From Lophium mytilinum (taxonomy: Eukaryota), in the NCBI GenBank assembly GCA_010093605.1, contig MU004182.1, forward strand, positions 2,341,195 through 2,405,194: DNA of 64,000 nucleotides. The letters are read 5' to 3'. A model generated the notes under the pieces. That model saw only the letters and a list, made by a program, of their open reading frames with translations, ran no database searches and was not told the DNA's origin. Each line of letters opens with the position of its first letter. Positions within the stretch are counted from its first letter, which is position 1. The position numbers and the translations under genes were made by a program. Positions 52,129-62,001 of this stretch are shown here, piece by piece.

Positions 52129-54217
52129 ATGGACAAGCCGACACTCATCGTAAGACTCAAGTTCACGGAAGGCCCATCCGCTCGATCTCTTCAGCGAATT
52201 CTTGCGATGTCTCCGCCAACCAAACCTTCTGCCGCCGCCGCTGCAGACTCGCCGAACCCTCCGCACGCCCAAGACGGACGCACCGGTCTGGACGAATCTG
52301 CCCTGACACGACGGGCAAGCAGCAGCACGGAGGTCCGATCGAGGACTGAGCCCCGTAACACAGCCAAGCCGAGGAACGTCTCATCAGGGGACAGCGCGTT
52401 TGCTAGTAGCAGAGGTGGAGCGTCGTCATCGGCAAGCGGATACGAAACTGCCAGAATGAATCCATTCAGCGATATGACACACCAAGGTTCCCAGTTGCTG
52501 GATTTGCAGAAGGAAGTGGATGACCTCCGCAACAAGCTCCAAATGAGGGATAACAGCATTCAGAGGAGAGATGAGGAGATTGTCAAGTGCAAGGATGCAA
52601 TCTTGCAGAACAATGCTGGGATGTTTCGCAAGCTTGTTGATACCCGGAAGAAAGACGATGAGATCCAGCAGAAGAACGCCGAGATCCAGCAGAAAGACGC
52701 CGAGATACAGCAGAAAGATGTTGAGATACAGCAAAAGGATGTCGAGATACAGCAGAAGGATATTGAGATACAGCAGAAAGATGTCGAGATACAGCGGAAA
52801 GATGTCCAGATGCAGCAGAAGAATGTTGAGAGACAGGAGAAAGATGTTGAGATACAGCAGAATAATGTTGAGATACAGAGGAAGGACGTTGAGATACGAC
52901 GGAAGGGTGTTGAGATGCAGCAGAAGGATGCTGAGATACGGCACAAGAACGCTGAGATATGGCGAAACGGGGCCAAGATGCATCTGAGCCGTGTTGCCAT
53001 ATACCAGAAGGTCACGAAACTACAGGAGCAGGACACTGAATTACAGAAGAAGGACGCGACACTTCGGAGCAAAGATGCCTATATTCGGCACGAACAGGAC
53101 CAAATGCGACGAAAGGACGAGAGCATCGCCTGCCTGGTCGGCCACGCTTGCAGAACTACTCTTTTTGAAGGTACGTGTAAACCCCGCTAGAAGTCTGGAA
53201 ACTCTTTTGCACAGACTTTTGGCCTCAGCATTCTGTGCGACTGTTTTTCTAATGACCAGAGTAGATCTTCCGCTATTCGTTCAAGGGCTCGCCGCAGAAT
53301 ACCGACCGAAGACCGAGGACCTCGCGATGGGCATCGCCTCCAAAATGGAGATGCTACTGACTTCCCCCACCAATACCACGTGGACCGAAGCATTTGAATT
53401 GGTTCCATCAATCATGCGCCTCCAAGAAGCCAATTCCAATACTCCGTGGAACTTGGTCTGGGAACTACTGATCTACCTAACGGACCTTCTCCAATCAGCC
53501 ACGTCCCCTAATCAACTCGTCGATGGCTCTGCAGACAGAGACCGCTTCGAAGCGCTAGGTGAAGCTCTGACCAAGGCCTTCGTGTGGGCCTCCACCCCGG
53601 AGACCTCGGACCTGACGCACGTCGATTGGCAACAGTGGGCGCGAGACTTCAGAGGCCTAGTTCACAAAGACCTTACGCAGTGGTCTCGTGAGAGCGTCAC
53701 CGTGCGCAAGAACCACCTATACGGGGGTTGCTTATTGGCTGCACGTGAGTGGTATCGCGATACAGCTGTAGAAGATGGCGAGATTACTGACGTGACAGCC
53801 TTCGACAACGCTTTCTTTGACAAATGCGAGTACATAGGACCATGCGACGCGAACGCAGCGTGCCAACGATGGGCTGAGAAGGAGACCGGATGTGGATCAA
53901 TGTGCCCAAATGCGACGCACTCTTGGGAGACTACGCGGAACAAAGAGAAGAAGGAACTAGAAGAGGCAGCTAAAGAGAGAGAGCGGGTGCGGAAGGAGGA
54001 GCTCGAGCAGATCGCTAAGGAGAGAGAGCGTGAGCGGAAGAGGGAGTTGTTGAAGCGGAAGGGGGAGGAAATTGACTCTTACAGGAACAAGGTCGCGAAA
54101 CGTGCAGCCAACGTCCAGAAGGAGGTGGAGGCCCTCGAGGCGGAAAAGAAGGCCCTGGAGGAGCAAGAAGAAGAAATGAGGGTAATTGAGGAAGAGCTTC
54201 ACAAAGCTTCGGATTGA
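52129..54217 (+). CDS. Hypothetical coiled-coil protein with a Gln-rich heptad tandem repeat, helical domain, Cys/His cluster and charged C-terminal coil
   Basis: ORFs 52129-53190 and 52991-54217 join in frame through intron 53171-53285 (GTACGT...CTAAT...AAG), giving TLFE|GLAAEY. Confidence 0.7.
52660..52974 (+). repeat. Coding 21-bp tandem repeat, 15 units (consensus GAGATACAGCAGAARGATGTT = EIQQKDV)
   Basis: Directly visible in the DNA and in the translation, from EIQQKNA to EIWRNGA. Confidence 0.95.
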
Positions 54218-54347
54218 TGGACGGTTTGGGCCTGATTGCGAGTACTTTCACCTACGTATAGCTCCCTTGTAGTTAAAGTAGTACGCAACGAGGAGAATAA
54301 TGTTTAATTATCCAACGAAAGCTGAGCATTATGTGATCCTGCAACAG

Positions 54348-54383
54348 TGCCTCGTCGTATGCCTCGTCGTATGCCTCGTCGTA
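54348..54383. repeat. Perfect 12-bp tandem repeat x3 (tgcctcgtcgta)
   Basis: Three identical consecutive copies. Confidence 0.95.
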
Positions 54384-54514
54384 GGAATTCTTACACTTGT
54401 CTGCCACTATCTGTGGGGCCACGACGTACACATAGACACCGAGGGTGGTGGGTAAAGTTCCACTCTGCGTCCACCCTGTTGACGCTGTGTGGGGTACGGT
54501 ACTGGGCCATAAGT

Positions 54515-55502
54515 TTGGGCCACCAGATTCACTATTGTTTGGCTTTCTTCTTGCTCACCTGATGCCACTAACAAGAGTGGCCCAGCTAGTTTATAGGCAA
54601 TAGGTCAAACAGAAGTCTAATTTACACTGCGTAGAGCTTCCCATCGCACCTAGATATCTAAATATTGTAGACACTGGATTTACTACTATTTAGCTTCACC
54701 TTTGCTCACCTAACGCCACTGACAGGAGTAGCCCAGCTAGTTCGTAGGCAGTGAGCTAAATAGATATCTAATTTACACTGCGTGGAACTTGACATTGCAC
54801 CTAGATGATTAAAAAGTGTAGGCAGAAGATTTACAACTAATCGGCTTTATTTTTGCTCACTTGGTACCACTGTAGGGAGTAGCCCAGCTAGTTCGTAGGC
54901 AGTAAGTTATATAGAAGTCTGATTTATGGTGCGTGGAACTTAACATCGCACCTAGATGTTTGAAAATGTGGGCACGGGATTTAGTACTGCTCGGCTTCAA
55001 TCTTGCTTACTTGACACCACTGTTAGGAGTAGCCCCGCTAGTCCGTACGCAGCGAGTAAAACACAGGTCGGATTTGAACTGCCTAGAACTTGACATCGCN
55101 NNNNNNNNNNNNNNNNNNNNNNNNNNNNNNNNNNNNNNNNNNNNNNNNNNNNNNNNNNNNNNNNNNNNNNNNNNNNNNNNNNNNNNNNNNNNNNNNNNNN
55201 NNNNNNNNNNNNNNNNNNNNNNNNNNNNNNNNNNNNNNNNNNNNNNNNNAGGTCGGATTTGAACTGCCTAGAACTTGACATCGCACCTAGGTTCTTGAAA
55301 CCTTACGGGGGTACTCCACACAGTGCTAAATGAGTGTGTACGGATATCTATAGAATGATACCCCAGTCTGGGCAGAGGCTTTATTACTGTTAGGCTTCAA
55401 TCTTGCTCATTTGATACCACTGTGAGGAGTAGCCCAGCTACTTCGCAGGCAGCGAGTCAAACAGATGTCAGATTTGCACTGCCTAGACCTTAACATCTCA
55501 CC
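54515..55502. repeat. Diverged ~151-bp tandem array, at least 5 units, interrupted by an assembly gap
   Basis: The core gccc(a/c)gcta recurs at 54580, 54731, 54882, 55032 and 55432 (periods 151, 151, 150). Units compared by hand are about 77-82% identical over the 90-nt core. Confidence 0.93.
55100..55249. other. Assembly gap (150 N)
   Basis: Run of N; the 35 nt on its left (55065-55099) are identical to the 35 nt on its right (55250-55284). Confidence 0.99.
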
Positions 55503-57365
55503 TTCCAAGAATGACACCCCTGATCCTCTCCGCCGTAACCACATCCACCAATCCCTCCTCGACCATCCCGCGTAATACCTCATCCACCTCCCCGACCCTC
55601 TCATCAAGACTAACTACTCCACTCTCGTTCTCTTCGATCTCGGCCTTTAACGCTTCTGCAAATGCAGCCTTTACCTCCGCGACCTTAGTCTCTACACTAG
55701 CTCGTACCGCCCAAGCCTTCGCGCCTCGATAGAACACGCCTGCATTCTTGACCAGCACACCCTTCGCGGAAGCTTCACTCGCGATCCGTAGCCGGGCAAG
55801 GTCTACATCCCCTCTGACAAGAAAGATCTCCGCCACCCTAGCCGGCTGCAGCATCTCCACCGAAGCCGGTGCTGTGAGCCGCCCTAGGGATGTCTGCGCT
55901 CGCGAGAGCGCTGTAGCTTGTGCGTTCACACGCTCGGCATCTGGTTCACTGGTTGGAGTTTCCATGAGTGCGGATGCAAATGCGATAAGAGCGTCGGCGT
56001 AGGCAGAGAGAGTATTGACGGTGCTTAGTGTAAGTGCAGTAGTAGACGGAGGGATGAGCGGAGCGAAGGCGGTGGAGAGGTGGGTGGAGTATGTGGCGAA
56101 AGGCAGGAGGCCGCTGCGGTAGGTAGATTCGAGCAGAGCTGCGCGGAATGTGGCAGCGGCGAGGAGAGCGTCATCCTGAATTGGGGTTTGTGGGTCTGAA
56201 GAGGTCACGGGGGCTATAGAGAGTGATAACGAGGGGCCGGTAGGATTCTGGGGCTCTAACGAGGGTGCGGGAAGAAGCGAGATATATTGGGGGATCTTGA
56301 TTGTGATGAGCGGGGTGGCGATGTCCGAGAGACGATCTAAAGTCGACGCATCTGCTGGAACTGAGAGGCTGACGAGTGTTGACAGTGAATTGAGATGCGC
56401 CACGGCAGTTTCGAGGAGGTCTGATGGGGTGACGGGTTCCAGAACCGTTGCCCAGTCTCCTGGAAGTTCCGAAGATGTGGATGATGTTTCCATAGCGTCT
56501 GATGCAGTTTCTGCCGCGGGCGAAGATGGATCGATTAGGACCCCTCCGTCTGCCTCCTGGGCCTTTGCTTCCTCGATCTGCTGTAGCATCTCGGAGTGAT
56601 CCTGTTCCTGCCGGGCAAGACAATCAGAGAACATTTGGACAGCTTCTTTCAGAAATGACTTCGCTATTGCCTTGTTCGGCTCAGCATCTGCATCCGTCTT
56701 TGAACTTTCAATGAGTGACTCGGCCAGCGATGTGAGCACTTGTCCCATGTTAAACTGAACGTCGGCATTGTCCGGATTGAGATTTAGAGCTAGCCGATGC
56801 GATTCCAGTGTGCCATATAGCAGATCTAGGATGTCGCCTAGTTGCGATGCTAGGCGAGCGTCTTGGGTCAGTTGATATTCGAGATTCGCCCTGGTTTGGT
56901 TAGGTATGGAAGTCATGAATGGATGTCTTTTGCGTTTACGAGAAGAACACGATAACAAAAAAGGATAGAGAGCTCAAACTTAACAAGGCTAGAGAGGCGT
57001 TGATCCTCATTTTTGTGCAACAAGACATGGATTAAATGAAGAAGAAAAGCGCTGCTCACTTGTTATAAGCTAGATCAAAAGACTTCGGAAATCTCTTCAG
57101 CCCTTCATCATAGGCATCAATCGCTCTCTGAAAAAATCTCAAAGATTTTGCTGCATCGCCAGCCCTCCATTTACCCCCAGATTGTTCATGCTCATCCGCC
57201 GCTTCCAGAAAGTCGTTCTCGCTTTCAGGAGTCTGCCTATATCGTCAGTCTATCCCGCAGTAGCATATTTTGTGATGCGCGTGATGAGGGAAGAACCCGC
57301 ACCTTTGGTTGTCTTTTGCTTTGCTTGGAGATGTTTTTCAAAACGTCTCTGCGTTTTGGTGGCAT
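55498..57365 (-). CDS. Conserved fungal TPR-like protein (UPF0656-like)
   Basis: Spliced model MPPKRRDVLKN...|TPESENDFLEAADEHEQSGGKWRAGDAAKSLRFFQRAIDAY...FDLAYNK|ANLEYQL...NPDNADVQFNMGQVLTSLAE. The family label is from recall. Confidence 0.75.
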
Positions 57366-58431
57366 TGTGAGGTTGATGTACAAAGGTAGTGACGAAACCT
57401 TCCAGGTCCGGCTTGCGGATAGTTTTTGGTGGCATTCTTTCAGAGACGTGTGATTGGTTGGATTCTCACGCGGAGCAGTACGGGCAGGTTCTATTTGAAC
57501 TAAGGCAAATGACCCTGATGCACGTTATTCTGATCGGGATGAGGATTCTATCTGTTGATCTTGCCCACTCATTGAAAATTCTAGAAGCGCTTTTCTGATA
57601 CCAATTGAGGTCTTGCAGATCACGTGATGCTGCCAAAGTCATCTTCAAGCATATCTGCCAACTCTGTGCGAGGAATACTTCTACGCTTATTAGTACTCTA
57701 AAAAGATACAATGGAGGTCACTGGATGAGGATTGCCAGACAACATCAGCTGGGTTTAGACATCCACGTGATATTGACTGGGTTTTTCTTCTTAGTCATTC
57801 GGCTCCTCCAACCTAGACACCTTTTCATCCACACATCAACTTGTCTCTCCTCAGCTGAAGCACCCCAATACCGATATCGAACCGTGGGAGATGCCCGAGA
57901 TCGCGAGCGGTCCGGCCGCCCCGATGAAATGTCCGTAGGGCTGGTGTAGTACCATCCTATGTATGTACGGTGACAAGCCACAATTCTGGCACACTGGCTC
58001 TCCACTGCTTTGGGGTTCCCCCACAAGATCATGAAGACGACATCATTTCCTCCATATCCTTCCTCAGGTTGAAGACAAAAAGGGTGATATTCCGTCCATT
58101 TCATTACACTGGGTAGCCGCTGTATGAGGTGTCCCGGTGTGTCACTAGCTCTTCAAAATAATGAAATGTGTAATTCTCAGAGTACCTCGAGGGACCTCAA
58201 ACAGTGGCAAACAAGTAGAATAGACATATTTTTGACGAGTACATCTGCCTTTCCGGTGCAATCTCTCTGATACCAAATCGAGTAGTTGACTACGAGCATG
58301 AAGTTGCTAAATTATAGCATTCACTTATTGATATTCCGAATGACTAATAGAGCACAGCCTGCAAACCTTGGAACAATCCGGTTGGTCGCGCTCCCAGGAA
58401 CCACAGAACACAACGCCAGACAACCGCAACG

Positions 58432-59718
58432 ATGTCCCTCAATCAGCTCTCTCCTGAGCTGTGCCACATGGTGATAGAGCTCCTTCCTATTGCTGACAGA
58501 TGCAGTCTGGCTCTCACCTCGAAGCACTACGTCGAGCTACTTTTTTCGAGCTTCCACAACCGGGTATACATAACAAAGCGAAATGAAACCGCGCTGAGTA
58601 AGCTTGTGCACAAGCTGGTGATCGACCCAGACCTAAGAGACAAGATTCGAGGTATTGACTTTATGGAAAGTCATGATGCGGAGTGGCGTGAAGACACCGA
58701 CGAAGTAGAGCTGGGAGTCAAATTCCCAGACTACAGCCCCGCGGATATGAGGCAACTCCTGAAGATCGTTCAGGAAACACGACCGAAAATTCTTGCGAAT
58801 GCCGTCAAGATTCTCGTCATGGACGTCATCGCAGGGCAGTGGGACGCCATGGTGGCAGTCGTCTTGGGATTGACAAAAAAAGTTGAAGAAGTCCGCCTTC
58901 GTACCAGAACCGATACCGAGCACCTCGAGAATCTATTCATCAATCGAGACCTACTACCTGCACTCGCGCATTTCGATTTCCAGTACAGACGGTCCACGGG
59001 TATACCGGCTATAGTCATCCCCGCCACCAAGTCGATTCGCACCCTCTTCGCTAGGAATGTCCTTTTGAGAGACGTAAATCCACTAGACCTTAGCGCAGTC
59101 AAAGAACTGAAGCTCTTTGGGACCCGTTTCGGGGCAGGTGCCGGCCCCTCTTCCCAAGTCGTCCAGGGCCGCCTTGATCAGCTTGAGTCTTTGCAGATCT
59201 ACGATACTGGCTTGTTCGATGGAAACGAGTGGTGCATGATCAGTGGCAGGCTGAACACCGCGGCGAAGTTGAAGACTTTGGATATTCGCGGAAACCAGTG
59301 TGTGACGGCACATACCCAATTCCGCCAAGGCCTGATACAAGTCTGCTCCTTAGGACAGATACGCTTTCTCGGAATCTCAGTCCACCAGATAGCGAATCAT
59401 CCATCAACGGCTGGAGATCTTCTCGAGATTGTTCCCCAATCTATCGAAGTCCTGAAGGTCTACGTCGTGAACAAACAGAATTATTGGAAGACTTTCATGA
59501 GAGGAATGAAGCAGCTCAAGGAAAACTACGACAAATCTAACTTCCTGAACCTGATGAGCATCAGCATCTGCTTTGTCCAGCCTGCAGACGAGAACGTTCA
59601 GCTGGCCAACATGGTGAGCGATATTGGTGTGCTAAAGAATGATTGGGTTGGGAGCAAAGTCTGCTTCGAGGCAGTCAGATCGGTTCCCGGTCAGGCACAA
59701 GCGAACCTATTGATGTGA
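58432..59718 (+). CDS. F-box-like protein with a degenerate LRR-like C-terminal region
   Basis: Intronless 428-aa ORF. N-terminal LNQLSPELCHMVIELLPIADRCSLALTSK fits the F-box pattern; repeated LxxLxL/I segments (VKELKL, LESLQI, LKTLDI, IEVLKV). Confidence 0.7.
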   Translation: MSLNQLSPELCHMVIELLPIADRCSLALTSKHYVELLFSSFHNRVYITKRNETALSKLVHKLVIDPDLRDKIRGIDFMESHDAEWREDTDEVELGVKFPDYSPADMRQLLKIVQETRPKILANAVKILVMDVIAGQWDAMVAVVLGLTKKVEEVRLRTRTDTEHLENLFINRDLLPALAHFDFQYRRSTGIPAIVIPATKSIRTLFARNVLLRDVNPLDLSAVKELKLFGTRFGAGAGPSSQVVQGRLDQLESLQIYDTGLFDGNEWCMISGRLNTAAKLKTLDIRGNQCVTAHTQFRQGLIQVCSLGQIRFLGISVHQIANHPSTAGDLLEIVPQSIEVLKVYVVNKQNYWKTFMRGMKQLKENYDKSNFLNLMSISICFVQPADENVQLANMVSDIGVLKNDWVGSKVCFEAVRSVPGQAQANLLM

Positions 59719-59722
59719 TTGG

Positions 59723-59825
59723 CTTGCTCACTGGATACCACTGTTGGGGGTAGCCTGGCTGCTCAACAGCCAATGAGTCAAGAAGCAGTCCAACTTACAC
59801 TGCTTGAACCTCGACAACACCCTTG
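59723..59825. repeat. Solo diverged copy of the 151-bp array unit, in the same orientation
   Basis: cttgctcactggataccactgttgggggtagcc...ttacactgc aligns without gaps to the array units; 57/90 identical to the unit at 54706-54795 by hand count. Confidence 0.85.
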
Positions 59826-60207
59826 GATAATGAAAGATAGGGTCTAGGGCGCGGAAGAGAATTCATGGAATCGAGAAGGATGTTTGTCGTAGCGAATGAT
59901 GACATTGCCTGGCTTGCGGGGTGCATAGGATGAACATTTCGTGCCATAACCAACCTTTCGCACCATCTTCAACAGCCAGAAACCGTGAAGGTGATCATAA
60001 ACCATATACAAACATATTTAATCAAGGAGAATAGTCTGTGAGATTCTTGAGAGGAGAGTCGTCACTTCATTGAAATAGAGAAGGCCACTATACTACACAC
60101 GGAAAAGTTGGCTCAAGACTGCTGAAGTAGAGTTCAGAAGGAACAGCCGAGACCACGCCCTGGGAAACCTATAACGCCGTGGACCACTACTTTTAGTATC
60201 CCTCCTC

Positions 60208-61376
60208 TCAAAGCACATACTTGCAGCCCACGAATCCCGGCACTAACACTCCAGGCATCTCCCGCTCGATCTCTTGCTTCACGCGCCACCCAGAGCAATG
60301 CCCCGGCATGAGGATCTTCGCATCCAGCGCGGCGAAAGCATCCACCGTCGCCTGAATCTGGGGGGGCTCTGCATCTGCGAGGTGATACCCGCCTACCACA
60401 GCATAGAGCGGTGCACCGTTACCAAGAGCGACAGCGTGCTTGGAGGCATTGATCGCGCCAGCGTGGCTGCAGCCTGTGAAGACGACGATGCCTTTGCCTG
60501 GGTCAAATTAGTGACTACGTCTCGGAGATGGGGTTGGGGTGACCGAAGGAAACGAAGCAGATTGAGACAGGCAGTACCTTTGAGATTCACCATAACAAGC
60601 CTCTCATCCGCAATCATCTCATCGCTCTCCCAAGCCTTCTTCTCAGATACGAACCGAATCCCCCGCCGCAGACCCAGCTCATACGGCGTGACGCGGGGTA
60701 TCTCGCCCGAGATCTGAAAGAAGTCATCGAGGACGGTGTGAGCTTGGTCGCTCTTGCTGACTTTTGCGCCGGCATTCTCGATCTCGGTGAAGGAGGGGTC
60801 TGCTTCGAAGGAAACGGCGGCTTCGGGGCCCATGAAGCCTCGGTAGTCTGGGCGTGCTGGGTGGAGATCTACTACCAAAGGAGATGAAGACGAAAGAGAA
60901 GGGGCAGCTTTGGAAGCAGCCTTCGCTTCATTGATCATTTCGATGGCGCGAAGCATGCCGCCGGAGTGATCGCGATGCCAATGGGAGAGATGGACAAGCT
61001 CGATCGTGGAAAGATCGCATCGGAGACGCTTTGCATTGCGCTCCCAGGCCGATTCCTCAGGGCCGGTGTCGAAGAGGAGCGTGTGAGATTTGTCGCCTTT
61101 AGTTGCAGTCTACGAAGTGGTTAGTTCAATGGTCCACTGTTGGGGTTAGAGTCTTACGATCATGAGAGACAGTCCATGCGCCCCACAGCAAATCGAACTC
61201 ATTCGGAATTCTTTGGCTCCATCTCCACGACCCGGAGCATCGTGAGGAGAGAAAAGACCAAGCTCTCTAATTCCACCCGTTTGTGTAACAAGAGGGTTTT
61301 GGCAGGGTGAAATGGGGTCGAGTTCGTTGTCGATTATAGCTACGATGGAGAGACTGTCGATCTCGGTGAGAGGCAT
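60208..61376 (-). CDS. Metallo-beta-lactamase-fold hydrolase (MJ0448 / dihydropterin-RFA-P synthase-like family)
   Basis: AHGLSLMI|...LLFDTGP, HLSHWHRDHSGG (HxHxDH), DERLVMVNLK|...FTGCSHAG, VGGYHL and MPGHCSG; two introns. Confidence 0.88.
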
Positions 61377-61685
61377 CGTTGCAATCTGGAGATGTGAAGG
61401 CAGGTTAGGTAGCTCGGTTGTGCGACCTTGGTGTCTCGTACAACCAATAAGTAGTTAAGCATTTCAAGAGGATACTGTGTCAAGGTCGATCAATCTAGTT
61501 CCGGGCGTGCATGCATTGATGTTAGATGTCAGCAAGGATGCCGATGGTTGCCGGGTGGCAGGTGGTTCGTCATCATCCAACAAAGGACCCTAGTCGCACT
61601 ACCGCATCTAGATCGTGGTACACATTACAAAGGTGACGGGATTTACAAGTTGATTAAATATACTATCCCTAACAACCCATCAATC

Positions 61686-61801
61686 AACCATTGGAAGGTT
61701 ATCAAACCAACCATCGGAAGATCATTAAACCCTCCATTGAAAGATCATAAACCAGTCGCTGAAAAATCATTAACCAGTCATTGGAAACCCATCAGCCAAC
61801 C
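61686..61801. repeat. Degenerate 22-23-bp minisatellite, about 5 units
   Basis: aaccattggaaggttatcaaacc / aaccatcggaagatcattaaacc / ctccattgaaagatcataaacc / agtcgctgaaaaatcattaacc / agtcattggaaacccatcagcc. Confidence 0.75.
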
Positions 61802-62001
61802 GTAGCACACGGCTAGCTTACTATCCATGCCTATGCAGGCTGTACAGTATCCAAGGGTTGTCCAAACCAGTGACATGTCGAACCTCCCCCACCCCTAGAC
61901 CAACCATCGCCGCACCAAGTCGCCTCAAATTGGAACCACAACTTGCAAGGCTGTTAGCACCAGTGTTAAGTTGACGGTACCGGATATCGAAGCTGGTTAG
62001 C

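Noticed and set aside
52426..53072. Leu/Tyr-rich and Cys/Ile/Ser-rich repetitive ORFs on the minus strand
   Set aside because: Reverse-complement readings of the 21-bp EIQQKDV repeat.
54515..55502. CRISPR-like interpretation of the core-plus-spacer array
   Set aside because: Eukaryotic context with no cas genes; the cores are 90 nt and diverged, and the spacers are homologous to each other rather than unique.
57745..58104. 119-aa minus-strand ORF between the UPF0656-like and F-box-like genes
   Set aside because: No recognisable domain or convincing splice model; it cannot be supported without expression or homology data.
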